A DNA stretch of 64,000 nucleotides from Octopus sinensis (taxonomy: Eukaryota), in the NCBI RefSeq assembly GCF_006345805.1, contig NC_043002.1, positions 51,646,001 through 51,710,000 on the forward strand, read 5' to 3'. The notes under the pieces were generated by a model. That model was not told the DNA's origin. It searched no databases and was given only the letters and a program-made list of their open reading frames with translations. A program made the translations under genes and the position numbers. Each line of letters opens with the position of its first letter. Within the stretch, counting starts at the first letter, position 1. This document shows, piece by piece, positions 36,641 through 51,354 of the stretch.

Positions 36641-37429
36641 ACCCCCCACCCACACACACACTCACACAGAGGAAACTGTGATGTCCACATTTTACTTGAG
36701 AGTGTATAACCAAAAAAGGAGAAGTCTAACTTTTGCTAGCTAGTCACCCTATTATGCAATATATCAATATCTTGTAATATTATAACATAAATTAAGACAC
36801 AGTCTTCGAAAACAAAACAAGTTGAAGAAATTTAAATCACAGCATATAATATGCATTACTCAGCAATAGGGTATATGTTACATAAAAAAAGCTGAGAGAG
36901 AGAGAGAGAGAAAAAGAGATTCACTGAGCCAAGAGATGACATAATTTCCTCAGGACGGCTGATGGCTCTGACCTAAAGTTGAATTTGCCAACAATTTGTA
37001 ACTGTAATCCGTGTTTCGAGAGATTTCGGCGGAAAAACTCGTTCACTTTTTCATGAAGTTTGCTGTCAACCGCAATGAGACAGATAATGTTGATTTAATT
37101 GAATCACAGCTACGTTGGTTTTAGAATCTTTAACGATGATGCCTTTCGTTTTATGGAGATATATTATGTTATGGCTCCGTAGTGCGAGAATCTCACAGCT
37201 ATGATTCAAAACTCAGCTCGGACCTGGTTACAACGTGTTAAGTGAGAAATACCAAAACTAAAAAAAAAAAAGGTCCCTGAATTCATTGGACACAATTGTA
37301 ACTAATTTTACAGAGTTACAGTTTTCCTAATTCTTCAGACTCCCTTTGCATTTTATGCAGTGAGGCAAAATGATAATTTTTTTTTTAGTTTAGTTTGTTC
37401 ATGTACAATACTGTATGTGGCTTAATGCA

Positions 37430-38599
37430 TTAGGTTGGCAACTAAGTCCCTGCTGTTTTTTTTAATTTAAATTTTTTAAAGGTTTAATAAAAAATAACAA
37501 ATTAATTAATAATGTATTCACCCTTGTTGTTTACAACTTCTTCCCAACGTTCAACAAGATTTTCAATACCTAGTTGGTAGAAATCACCCGATTTAGACTC
37601 GAAAAATTGATCCAACCAAGCTCTCAATTCTGCATCAGTATTGAACGAAACTCTGCGCATAGCTTGAAAGAGATCAAAAGAGGTGGAAATCCGTTGGTGT
37701 CAAATCAGAAGAGTACGGATTGTGAGGCAGCACTTCCCAGCCATGCGTTTGAATGGCTTCCTTGGCCATATTGACGATATGAGGGCGGACGTTGTCGTGC
37801 AGCAAAAGAACTCCATGCTACCGATTAAGTCTTTTCTCTTGAATAGACCTGTTGAGTCGTTCCATGTGTTGAACATAGAGTTCAGCGTTGACCAATCCCT
37901 TCCCAGTCCCACCATACGCACAACATTGTTTTACGCGCGGTGTCTTTTGTTTACCGGGGTTAAGCCATTCCTTACGCTGCTTCATATTGATGTACAGGCA
38001 CCATTTTTCGTCGCCAGTAAAGATTCGGTAAAGAAATCGTTGCTTGCGTTCATGAGTTGAGCGGTGCCGAACAAGCAAACCAGCGGAGATTGTGGCTCGT
38101 TGAATTTTGTTGTTGTCACTTAAAGCATGTGGAACCCATGCTCCATAGTTCTGAACCTTTCCCATCGAGTGAAGATGCTTCTCTATAGCAGTGTGGGAGT
38201 ATTCCATTTTCTCTGCCAGTTCCCTTATCGTTTGACGAGAATTTTCGTGAAAAAGTTGGTTTAATTGCTCTTCATCGAACCCAACTGGACCGCGAAAACG
38301 AGATGCGTCCTTGAGGTCAAAATTTCCATTTTTGAATTTGACATACCAATCACAAATGTCGTGAGTAGCTTTTGCGGCATTGGAACCTTGATTAAAAGCG
38401 AAAAGAAGGAGGTGTCAAAAATGCTCGTTTTTCTTAACTTGATATTCCACTTTAATGATCTGAAAATAAACAAAAATTAACTAAAATTAATTAGAAAAAA
38501 ATAAGATTCCAAAATGATACAAAAATAGAATTCTCGAAAAAAAAAAAAAAGGATTCCAAAATAAAAAAAAAAACGGCGGGAACTTAGTTGCCAACAGAA
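37430..38599 (-). mobile_element. Near full-length degenerate mariner (DD34D) element
   Basis: TIRs TTAGGTTGGCAACTAAGT(T)CCC at both ends; EHFRHLLLFAF, GAWVPHALS, FTGDEKW, LLLHDNVRPH and PYSSDLTPTDFHL motifs spread across frameshifted frames. Confidence 0.9.
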
Positions 38600-38649
38600 T
38601 AATAACATAGTACTATTGCTACAAATAATAATGATTTAAAATTTTTGCC

Positions 38650-39660
38650 GCAAGGGCAGCTTCGGGGAGCCCGAAAGGATGAAAGGCAAACTCGACCTCG
38701 GCGGAATTTGAACTCAGAACGTAGCGGGGACGAAATACCTATTTCTTTACTACCCACAAGGGGATAAACGCAGAGAGGACAAACAAGGACAGACAAACGG
38801 ATTAGGTCGATTATATCAACCCCAGTGCGTAACTGGTACTTAATTTATCGACCTCGAAGGGATGAAAGGCAAAATCGACCCCGACGGAATTTGAACTCAG
38901 AACGTAGCGGCAGACGAAATACCGCTAAGTATTTCGCCCGGCGTGCTAACGTTTCTGCCAGCTCGCCACCTTATTGCTAATAATAATAATAGAAATAATC
39001 CTTTCTACTTAAGGTACAAGGCCGGAAATTTGGTGGGAGAGGACAAGCCGATTACATCGACCCCCGTGTTTCATTGGTACTTAATTTATCGACTCCGAAA
39101 GGATAAAAGGCGGAGTCGATCTTGGCGGAATTTGAACTCAGAAAGTAGACTGACGAAATGCTGCTAAGCATTTTGCCCAACGTGCCAACGATTCTGTCAG
39201 CTCACCGCCTCAATAATAGAGATAATAATAATCTTTTCTGTTATCGACACAAGGCCTAAAATTTTGTGGGAGGTGTCTAGTCAATTACGTTGACCCCAGT
39301 GCTTCATTGGTACTTAATTTATCGACACCAAAAGGATGAAATGTAAAGTCGACCTTCGAGGAATTTGAACTCACAACGTAAAGACAGCCGAAATGCTGCT
39401 AAGCATTTTGCCCGGGATGCTTACAATTTTGCCAGCTCGCCACCTTAATAACACAAGTACTACTAATAATAATCATATTCCTTTCTACTAAAGGCACAAG
39501 GCCTGAAATTTGGCGAGGGGATAGACGAGAATCGACCCCAGTACTCGACTGGTACTTTTTCATCGACCCCGAAAGGATGACAGGCAAAGTCGACCTCGGT
39601 GGAATTTGAACTCATAGCGTATAGACGGACACGTCGCCAAGTATTTTGTTCGGCGTGCTA
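38650..39660 (-). mobile_element. Head-to-tail array of four SINE family B copies
   Basis: Reverse-complement family B units separated by short (AAT)n. Other copies: 24086-24292, 47000-47220, 48886-49320, 54504-54710 and 62630-62790. Confidence 0.85.
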
Positions 39661-40568
39661 ACTTCTAATAAAGTTGAAAGAACGTTGATTTCTTCGTCGA
39701 CAAATATATATTTCTTTGATGAGGAAATTTTCTTAAGAGTGTAAAGCAGTGACAAAGTTGGGAGCGACAGTTTTAAAAACATTTTCAGCTTTATGCATTT
39801 ATTTAATCGTTTTTATGATCGAAATAAAACTGACTGGAGAAAAGTAAGTGTGTCACTAAAAAATTAAAAAAAATCACATCCAAGTAGCTTAGAACCGGAA
39901 TTAAACTGAATGATTATTGACGTTGGTGTTCCACTTTCACTTTCACACCTTTATAACGGTCAATGCCATGAATCAACGAGGTCACCATGGCATCACTCCA
40001 CCTGCTAAAAATAGTGGCCTAATTTCTTCTAAGTCACACCCAAATGTTTTAAATGCGATGAGTCTCAATAAAAAGATGGTAAGGTCACATCACGATTTAA
40101 AGCATTTAATTATATCCTAGGTCTACTGAATCAGTTACACAACAACAACAACAACAACAACAACATTACAAACAATAAAACAAAGGTCAATGGCAATGGT
40201 TTCTACATAGCGTTTAAAGGATCTTTATCCATTTACAAACTGTTTTCTGAAGTGAGTTCCGAGGAACTCAAAGTCTCGCGACATGAAGTGTATTTTAGCA
40301 AAATACAATGAAACGTTTTTCTGTTTTTATTTTTGTTTCCTTTTTTAAAAGATAGACACTATTTTGAAAATACATTGTCTTTTATGCTTTACTTGTTTCA
40401 GTCGTTAGACTGCGGCCATGGTGGGACACCGCCTTGAAGAATTTTTATTTATTTCTTTAATTCTTGTACCTAGTCTATTGGTCACTTTTGCCGGGGACGT
40501 AAACACACCAATACTGTTTGTCAAGCGGCGGTGCGGAACAAACACTCACAAACACATACACGCATATA

Positions 40569-40782
40569 CGAGAGGGTGCTGAAAAGTTCTTGAATTTAAG
40601 GGTGCTGCGAAAGGCCTGGCTGGAGGCCCAATCTTTCGAGTTCTACAGGGCTTAGGAAAACTGAAGGGCCACTGCAATAAGTGTGTGAATCTGAGAGGGG
40701 AATATGTTGAATAAAATCATAATTAGCTGATCCTCCAGTATTCTCTTTTACCCAAAGCTAAGAACTTTTCAGCACCACCTCG
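40569..40782 (+). mobile_element. ~215-bp mariner-derived MITE
   Basis: TIRs CGAG.GGTGCTGAAAAGTTCT / AGAACTTTTCAGCACCACCTCG; retains the transposase C-terminus GLGKLKGHCNKCVNLRGEYVE*. Confidence 0.8.
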
Positions 40783-40848
40783 TGTATATATATATATATA
40801 TATGTTTGTATGTATGTATGTATGTATGTATGTATGTATGTATGTATG

Positions 40849-40879
<31 letters not shown>

Positions 40880-40975
40880 GCATACATACATACATACACA
40901 CACACACACATATATATATATATATTATATATATATATATATATATACAGACACACATACATATACATACATATA

Positions 40976-41274
40976 TATGGAGATCATGGGATTGCACCTA
41001 GAAATTACCCTCCGAGGCACAAGTCCGAGCAAGGTTGTTTATGGAAGACCAGCAGTCGCCCATGCATACCAATCTCCCCTCTCCACACCACCGATGTTGT
41101 CCAAGGAAAAGGCAAAGACCGATACAGCTTGGCAGCAGTGTTGTCGCAACTCATTTCTACAGCTGAGTTAACTGGAGCAACGTGAAATAAAGTGTCTTGC
41201 TGAAGAACACAACACGCAGCCCTATCCAGGAATCGAACTCACAACCTCACGATCGTAAGCTTGACGCTCTAATC

Positions 41275-41275
<1 letters not shown>
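40976..41275 (-). mobile_element. tRNA-derived SINE family D (further copies at 43055-43330 and 55660-55950)
   Basis: Head and central TTGCTCCAGTT.ACTCAGCTGTAGAAATG block similar to family C, with a different 3' part; three copies. Confidence 0.75.
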
Positions 41276-41602
<327 letters not shown>

Positions 41603-41609
41603 CTGCTTT

Positions 41610-41935
41610 CTCGTATACCAGCAGAGCCATTGCTAGACAGAATCGCTGAAATGTGTCATTGATAATGCAATGTGAGGCCCTTATATTTCTCTTGTGCCTT
41701 GCCAAAGATTTGCACATTTTATTGCATAATGCACAGTTGTGCTGGTTGACAGAAGGAACACGTGCCACAGAATGAAGTCTTTTGGCATGTCTTTTTAATC
41801 CTCCAACTGAACGGCACACCTTTCCCCAGGTTTCACATGTTCTGTTGTGAACATGGCCGTATCACAGTTTACACAATTTACAAGAGGGTCGATTCCTGTG
41901 ACTTCTCTGATGGCTGACGCAAGCATTTCCTCCTA
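41610..41935 (-). pseudogene. Fragment with two C2H2-like motifs, probably an RTE-type LINE C-terminus
   Basis: TCETWGKVCRSVGGLKRHAKRLH and NCALCNKMCKSLARHKRNIRASH; no splice sites or start context support a host gene. Confidence 0.4.
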
Positions 41936-42571
41936 CAAATCACACACGTAAAAATAGCACTCCTTATATATATATATATATATAATGCACACATTCATAT
42001 GTGTTTGTGTCTGTGATTGCCCCTCCCCACTGCCGTTTGACAACCAGTGTTGTTGTGTTTGTGTCCCCGTAAACTAGTGGTTCGGCAGAAGAGACCAATA
42101 AAAAGAATAAGTACAAGAATTAAAATAATAAGTACTAGGGTCAATTCATTCTACAAAGTGGGAAACTAATACTACATCCCCTGTGCATGTCCGTTTCTTC
42201 TTTGTTATTCTTAATTTTAATGTTCATCTGACTATATATATATCATACACACACATTCATACTTCGGTACTACGGACCTTCCTTTAACGGATTTCTGAAC
42301 CACCGGACAAAATCACGGCATATCAACAATACATCTTTACCATCCATGTTAAGTCTCATTTTAAATTTTAAATGTTGAATGTACAGTCTACATGCATTTT
42401 ACACTGTGAAATTTGATAGTGTGCTTGATTAAAAGTACAGTACTGTATTTATTTCTCTATCTTCGGTAATGTAATTGTAACTTAACCTTAGTGTCGGTAC
42501 CTACGAACAATCGGCTTCATCGGACTGATGTTCCCTACTTTTAGTCCGTAGTTCTGAAGCATGAGTGTATG

Positions 42572-42575
<4 letters not shown>

Positions 42576-42617
<42 letters not shown>

Positions 42618-42625
42618 TAATAATA

Positions 42626-42679
<54 letters not shown>

Positions 42680-42690
42680 TAATAATAATA

Positions 42691-42752
<62 letters not shown>
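42576..42752 (+). repeat. (AAT)n microsatellite
   Basis: Direct inspection. Confidence 0.97.
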
Positions 42753-42769
42753 TTGTATTTATCTTTAAC

Positions 42770-42865
42770 CTGATGAGTGGCTATATTTATATTGAACTGA
42801 TTTTACTACTACTACTATTATTTTTACTATAATCATTTCTTAAATATAGCCACGAAACACGTGTC
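42770..42865 (+). ncRNA. Hammerhead-like core with a perfect 13-bp stem II
   Basis: CTGATGA-GTGGCTATATTTA...TAAATATAGCCAC-GAAAC-ACGT-GTC; palindromic stem III ACACGTGT; stem I not evident. Confidence 0.55.
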
Positions 42866-43010
42866 ATACGTTTTATTTATTATTTTGCACATTACGTAAT
42901 CATCGTTATATGTTTTATCGTATATTTAATCTTTTTATAATATGTATTTTTCTAGATGGTATAATTTAATTTTCATTATTGAATTGATGAATGGTGTTTT
43001 TTTCTAATTC

Positions 43011-43075
<65 letters not shown>

Positions 43076-43796
43076 GGAAGACCCTCTTTGGTTATGAATG
43101 ATCATGGGATTGCACCAAGAAAGTTCCCCTCCAAAGCACAAGTCCGAGCAAAGTTGTTTATAGAAGACCAGGAGTCGCCCTTGCATACCATCCTCACCTC
43201 TCCATGCCACTGATGCTATCGAAGGGAAAGGAAAAAGGCCGATTCAACATGGCACTAGTGACATCGCAACTTATTTCTACAGCTGAGTGAATTCGAGCAG
43301 CATGAAATTGTTTTGCTCAAGAATACAATACACAACCTGGGTTCCCTTGCGTTTTCTGTCTACTATCAAATTCACTCACAAGGCATTGATCTGCCCAAAA
43401 CTATAGGAAAATATATTTGTCTAGAGTACCGGGCAGTGGGGTTGAACCCGAAACCATGACGTTGCAAAGCGACGTCTCATCCACACAGTCTTGCCATTTT
43501 ATTATAGAAGGAAATTAAAAGAGTGGAAACAAGACTGTCGGTTAGATTCTATAAAGCATCTGCTGCGAAGTTGTTGATCCACCAAATATTTTGTTGATAC
43601 ATTGATAATTAGCACGAACAAAGCGTGGCTATTAACTTCCTACGAGGAAGTCTATCAATCGTTAATTGAAGAGAGAATTATTAACAAAAAATACACGAGA
43701 TTCAATTTATTTTCTGCGAAATTACGTCCTTCGTGAGCATATTCGTGATTGTGGAGATGTAAAACTTAGTGAAGACCCGTATCGTAAACACACAGG

Positions 43797-43875
<79 letters not shown>

Positions 43876-43999
43876 AACACACGTCTTGTATTATAAAAAT
43901 GTTTTTCTTTGTCTGACGAATTTCTAATGGGAAATTCCTTACATGTCTATATAACATGTAAATTCTCTCTCTCTCTCCCTCTCTCTCTCTCTCTCTTTT

Positions 44000-44390
44000 C
44001 TCTATTACTTGTTTCAGTCATTTGACTGCGACCATGCTGGAGCACCGCCTTTAGTCGAGCAAATCGACCCCGGGACTTATTCTTTGTAAGCCCAGTACTT
44101 ATTCTATCGGTCTCTTTTGCCGAACCGCTAAGTGACGGGGACGTAAACACACCAGTATCGGTTGTCAAGCAATGCTAGGGGGACAAACACAGACACACAA
44201 ACATATACACACACACTTATATATATATACATATATACGACAGGCTTCTTTCAGTTTCCGTCTACCAAATCCACTCACAAGGCCCGGAGCTATAGCAGAA
44301 GACACTTGCCCAAGATGCCACGCAGTGGGACTGAACCCGGAACCATGTGGTTGGTTAGCAAGCTACTTACTACACAGCCACTCCTGCTCT
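44000..44390 (-). mobile_element. SINE family A, intact
   Basis: Full reverse-complement match. Confidence 0.85.
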
Positions 44391-44550
44391 ATGTAATTTC
44401 TATTAGCAAATGAAAATGTGTAATGGAGACTAAATAGTATCTAAAAATGTTCCACTTACTTGTTTTGCTATACTTTAATTGTGCAAATGATATTTCCGTA
44501 ATTCTCAATTTTAATATGTATTCTGACTAACATGGATATATATAATATAT

Positions 44551-44855
<305 letters not shown>

Positions 44856-47681
44856 GAACATGCTTTTGTGGTCATCTCAAGTAGTATTACTGGGCCTATA
44901 GCATGGCAAGCATGGCAATGATAGCACTTGAGTGACAAATAGAAGAGCTGCAGCTTTAATATATATATGCGATAAGTGTTTTGTTTAAAATCCAATTGAA
45001 ATTGTTGAAATTGCAGCGAGGAGATCTATTTAGACATTAGATCTGTTAACCATTTGTGGTTTTGTTTTAATTCATGAAATTTTCACTTTTTTTTACCTAT
45101 ACAGCACCTAATTCTGACAAGGTATATAGTTCATTTTCAGCGCACCGTGGAGAAAGATTGCCCACTTTCGTCTTTGTTTTGACGATACTGTTTGATTTTT
45201 TTTGTGTGTGGTTGTCGTGGTAGTAGTGGGGATGCATTTAACAGTTATTTTATCTAGGATGAGTGGCCATATGAATGTTTTTCCATTTTCTCAATAACTT
45301 TCGCTTTGTCTTATAAAGAGCACCAAAACGGAAGTCAGTATTGACGTAGAAGGATTTCCTATTTTACTCTACAAAAGTGTTTGTTTTTTTAGTAAAATGA
45401 AGATCGCTATTTTCACCAATACTAGAGCATGAGTCATTTCTACTTTCTCATCTGAGCAGACCACCATAGCAAATCGAGTTCCTCAGTCCTTCAGTTATCA
45501 AACATTCCGCTAACTTTTAATTGGGGGCCAGCACGATTTCACTCTTTAAACCTGACTGGAGTATATCACAACAATACTTGGAACAGCAACAAAATCGTCA
45601 ACAACAGCAACAACGACGATGGCAATGAAGATGACAACGATCACGACACAATAAATATTTTCCCATAGAACCACGCTGGCCAACATTCCAGCTGTGGCCA
45701 TCTCACATTTTTCCCATGTGCAAAAATCCATGTCAAGTACTTACTTTTCTAAGACAGGGAAATGAGATTTAAGAGATATTTGGTTGTTATTTGCAGTAGG
45801 TTGAGAGATCACGTAGAAAATCCTTTGCTCACACTCTCCTGGAGATGCCGTAACTTACTCGAGCTTATTTCAGTTTAGAAAGTGTAATTCAGTCTACAGT
45901 ATAATTTATCCTCACTTCAACAGGATAGAACAAAACAGTCTGTTATTTTGTTGCTCTGGAGGATATAAGATTACCAATGTATGATAACGAAACACATGTC
46001 TATCATACCGTGCTCGAGATGCTGTAAGATATTAAGTGTATCTCATTGTACCTAATGACAGCTTAGGAGGGTTATTTAGCCTTGACAACCGTTGTTGATG
46101 TGTTTACGTCCCCGTAACTTAGCGGCCCGGTGAAAGATGTTGAATAGATATCAGGCTATATAAAAAAAAAGTACTGGGATCGAATCATTCGACTGAAAAG
46201 CCTTCAAGGCAGTACTCCAGCATGGCCGCAGTCTAATGACAAACAAATAAAAGATTAAAGTTATCTGGAATGAGTTTTAATAAAACCATTTTTTGCGGCT
46301 AACTAACCTCTTTTGCTTACGTTATTAAAGCTACTTCTAACAGAAAATTTAATTTTGTTTCACTTGTTCGGTGCTATTGCATATCAGCAGATACATTTTA
46401 CGCTTTCTGTATGTGCCTCAGATTAGTGATATAAATTCATTTCCAGTGTGACTCGCGTATTCGAAACCGGCGAGCTGAAATAACGGCGAAATTATCGATA
46501 TCTCCCGGTCGTCTCGTTCACCTTCGAGTCGAGTCGTTTCGCCTGGTTTTGAGACAGCCTGTATTTTTTCATCATTTTATATCTAGAAGGGACTTTCCCT
46601 GGTCGAAATACCGCATCCCGAAGGCGTTTAAACAAAACACATGCATTAAGTATGTCTACATTATTAGCGCTGCTTCTAAGTCAAAGTCTAATTTTGCTTA
46701 ATCCCGATGTAACATATTAAAAAGCATAGCAGTTCGACAAAGATAACGATAGAGTAAGAACTAGGCTAACAAATAATAAGTCGTGGGGTTGATTTCTTCG
46801 ATTAAAAAGACCCTTTCAGACAGTGAAACAAGTAAAAGAGTAAAATAATATATAGAGATGAAAGAATTAGTCCCAAAAAGTTTGTAACCGTATCTAAGAG
46901 TGTTATGAACAACATTGATAAAACTAAATGCTAGTACAGAAGATATATTAAGCTTGGACCTAAGTCTGCATCATTTCTTGATATATATTTTGATCGTTTA
47001 AGCGGTGAGCTGGCAGAATCGTTAGCACACTGAGCAAAATGCTTATCAGTATTTCGTCCGTCTTTACACATTGAGTTCAAATTCAACCGAGGTCGAGTTT
47101 GCGTTTCCTCCTTTTGGGGTCGATGAAATAAGCATAAGTTGAGCACAGGGGTCCATGTAAACGACTTATCCCCTTCCTTCAAAATTGTTGTACTGGTGCC
47201 AAAATTTTTAAATCAATATTTATTCCTATTTTGTGCCTTAACTGATGTCACGACAAAATTCCAGGCACCATTACGCTAGATGACTCTGTAATAAGCTAGA
47301 CATAATTTGTCTAACCGGAAGTTGAAGAAAAATGTGAAAATAAATGCATAAAAGGCGAAAAATGAATTGCTTCTTTTTTTTTGCATCCTATCAGATAACA
47401 CAAATTACAAGTAATCATTCGAGAAAAATGCCAACTGTATAGTGATCAAAGCGAGACGCCAATGATCAAATATGGTCTTTCATATGAATCCCGTAAACAT
47501 TGTCAAGAAAGGACCTCAATATAACATTGATCAACTAGAAAACACGAGAAAGAAAAGACAGAAATAATGTTTACCAGTTTTCAGTTTCTACGACGTTTCT
47601 AGGTACACAGAAAAGCGAAAATAACAACAACGAAGCTGATGTAAATATGTTTTTAATTGGCACAAGGCCATAAAGTCTAAG

Positions 47682-47768
<87 letters not shown>

Positions 47769-49499
47769 TATAATCGATGGAGAGTAAGTATAGTGAAAAT
47801 AACCAACCTTATCGATTCTTAAAATATTGAAGTCGTAGTTGACAAATCGAGTCGACGACGACGACGATGACGACGACGATGATGATGGTAGTGATGGTGA
47901 TGAATGATAACAGTGATGGTGAGGGTGTCAACTGCCATGACGAAAAAGATGGCGGTGGTGGCAGTAGAGGTAGTGGTGGTTGAGACAGTAATGTGGTGTC
48001 GTGATGATGACGGCGATGATGAAGATGATGATGATGACCATCATCATGATCATGATGACGATGATGATATAGGAGAGCAGGTCTCACTCAGTCTTATTGA
48101 GAAAGACAAGATTGAGCACGTTACTTTTTCCTAAAGGCGTGACAATGTTCACTGACTAATAGCTAGCAACGTAAACAAAAAAAAAGGATCCGTTAAAGTT
48201 AACTTTCTTTTCTGACAAAAATGCATAGCTTCAATTACTCATTATAACTTACATTGATACAAATACATTTTCTCCAAAAATCCATGCTAATTACAAATAT
48301 GTACATCCAGTTAGAGATGAAAACTATACGCTACCTGTCATGATCAAGAAACACGTGAACCTTCGAAATCTACTGCTCCATTAATATTACTCTGAGACCC
48401 AGAATAAAATGGTCAATTTTCAATAGGCATAAAGTTACTTCTTATGGAGAAGTGATATAGTCAACAAAATTTAAAAGGATGGAAATGTGTAGTGGATGAC
48501 AGATCTATCATAACAGTCTATTGTAAGAGTTGACAGGCCGTTGGAAACGGTAAAAATATATATTGTTTAAACACGGTGTTTCCCAACGGTTTTTCGCAAA
48601 AATGGATCCTTTACACTTGGTTGCTTACTAACACCCTCTTCCAAATTCTATCTCTATGCAATAAAACCTGTGGCTGAAATTAAACTTAAAGTAACTATAT
48701 ACAATTTTATAACTTTGCGTATAAAGATAGGTTTATTCATATGAATAAAAAAGGAATAATTATGATAGCAAGTATTATTTATTAATATAATTAACATCTA
48801 AACAATTAATACAGCATACATCGTTTATTAACACGATTACTGTGGTTGAGGAACAGCAGCTAGTTTGCAATATTTAGTTCCAAGTAAGGCGGTGGGCTGG
48901 CAGAAATGTTAGTACACCGGGCGAAATGCTTAGCGGTATTTCGTCTGCCGTTACGTTCTGAGTTTAAATTCCGTCGAGGTCGACTTTGCCTTTCCTCCTT
49001 TCAGGGTCGATTAAATAAGTACCAGTTACGTACTAGGGTCCATATAATCGACTTAATCCGTTTGTCCGTCCTTGTTTGTCCCCTCTATGTTTAGCCCCTT
49101 GTGGGCAATAAAGAAATAAGAAACGTTAGCACGCCAGGCGAAATGCTTATTTGTATTTCGTCAGTCTTTATGTTCTGAGTTCAAATTCCGCTGAGATTGA
49201 CTTTGCCTTTCATCCTTTCAGGATCGATAAACTAAGTACCAGTTGCATACTGGGGTCGCTCTAATCGACTGGCCCCCTCCCCGCAAATTTCGCGCCTTGT
49301 ACCTAGAGTAGAAAAAAATATTTGGTTCCAAGTTTTAAAAATGTTCTAAGTCTCTATGCCACACTATTTCCATTCAGTTTGTAGTCTTGGTCAAAATTTG
49401 ATTCACTGCGTTAAACTGCGTTAAAATTTCTTTGTTTCTTGAGAGGAGGATGGGATAAGCACTAATAAAAAAAAAACTTGGCTTCAGTCCAGAATATTG

Positions 49500-50300
49500 G
49501 TTTGCAACCATATTTCATACAAATTTATATTTTCAAGTCATTTTTATACTTCATCAATGTGTATATCAAAAGTGATCTCTTGTAAATCGACTTTTTATTA
49601 TATTTTGTACACAAATTGGTATTTTTACCTAGTAATGAATCCTTAGTTTAATCAAGGCATTGAATCTTGCTCGAAATCTCTCAGTTGTAAGTAGAATGTA
49701 GATCATCAGATTATAATCTGTAAATAATTAATGAAAAGCTTTTCATTGATGGAAACTGAGAAACTCCTTTCTAGTGAGGTTTTACATATGCAATTCCATT
49801 TTGCTTATTAAGTAGTTGACTGCATTCTTCACGTGTGTTGGTTTAAAGTTGAGTTTTCAAATTCATTCTGTCTATCTTAGTAAAATATCAGCTAAGTAAG
49901 CCACATCTTCACAAATAAAGTCGATATCATAAGTGAAAATTCAACAATAGTGTGTGAAGCTAGAAAAAGTGTTTCAAACCGGATCCTTTTTGACAGCCAT
50001 CGAACTTATAAGAGTGGAAAAATAGTTTCATAATTGTCATTTTATTCATATGACTTATGGAACGGCCTAATATTTCAGGCCGACCTTGGATTTTGTTAAT
50101 AGCGAATTTTACTAATGTTAGGCTTGAAGACAGTACATACTTTTCCATTTATAATACCAGACCTGCTTGGCGATTTGTCACTGTCCCGAACGATAATGTA
50201 TTGTTGAACGGGTATATTTTTCTAATTACTTTTTGATCTTCTTAAGCTTCAAAAACTATTTCTATAACAGTTTTCAACGATTTCAAATATTTCTTCGACA
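49500..50300 (-). pseudogene. hAT (Charlie/Buster-like) transposase fossil
   Basis: KFAINKIQGRP.. resembles VNFIKSRPLN; L*VRWLS resembles TEVRWLS; VAYLADI resembles LAYLADIF. A TIR-like CGGTGTTTCCCAAC lies near 48573. Confidence 0.5.
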
Positions 50301-50677
50301 GAACACATGAATGAGGTCAATAAAGCTTCTTTGCCTCGTGCACTTGATACATCAAGCTGTAGGCTAAATTCACTTCTAAATTCTATGAACAAGTGATTTT
50401 CAATTATCTTCGCCTACTTCATCAATCTGACAATAGACAGTATTATTACAGACAGGAACCGGTTTTGAAACATCTGTATCTACTTTCAGTATAGTTGCAA
50501 TAATTTCGGAAACTTAGAACATTATTAAAATCTTCCCATTTGTCTGCGATTTATCTTGTCTAACTGTTAGTTGTGATATATTTTACTAAACAGCGAGGCA
50601 ATTGTTAAGTCTTGGATCAGATTTCTAAAAATATATGCGGAGTAGGGCGTTTTCGTTGAAATGCTATTCAGTTGTGT

Positions 50678-50704
<27 letters not shown>

Positions 50705-50708
<4 letters not shown>

Positions 50709-50958
50709 TCGCCGGATATTGCCCCATCTGATTGTCATTTATTCCGCAGTCTTCAAAATCAGTTGGACGGAAAAAATATGAATTCTGTAGACGAAGTCAC
50801 AACAGTTCTGGAAGAGTATTTTTCATGACGGACAAGTTAATTTTGTAAGAGTAGCCTTGCAAGTCTACCATATAGATGGAAGAACATTGTAAAGAATGAA
50901 GGAGAGTATATTTTATTTGAAAAATAAAAGTATAAAAGACTGCATTATTTATGAAATG

Positions 50959-50965
<7 letters not shown>
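50705..50965 (+). mobile_element. Mariner 3' fragment
   Basis: YSPDIAPSDCHLFRSLQNQLDG ... RWKNIVKNEGEY, followed by a TIR-like TTATTTATGAAATGACCCTATA. Confidence 0.75.
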
Positions 50966-50994
<29 letters not shown>

Positions 50995-51207
50995 GTTTAT
51001 ATATTTGTTGTGCAAGAAAGAACTCTGGCCGAAATAAGATTAAGATTAATGTAAAAAATAAATAACACTGAAGCAAAGTAACACCAAATATATAGTGCGT
51101 GCGTTTTTATTGGCTAAACTGGCAAAATGACCATTCCGAAATATAACAATATATATATATATGTTTGTGTGTGTGTGTGTATGTATATATATATGTGTGT
51201 ATGTATA

Positions 51208-51255
<48 letters not shown>

Positions 51256-51302
51256 AATATGTATATATGTATATATATGTATGTATGTATATATATATAT
51301 AT

Positions 51303-51354
<52 letters not shown>

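Noticed and set aside
38650-39660. Regularly spaced repeats resembling a CRISPR array
   Set aside because: The units are 200-300-bp eukaryotic SINE copies; there are no unique spacers or cas genes.
45546-45731. Gln/Val-rich short ORFs
   Set aside because: Degenerate (CAA/GAT)n low-complexity sequence with no splice or homology support.
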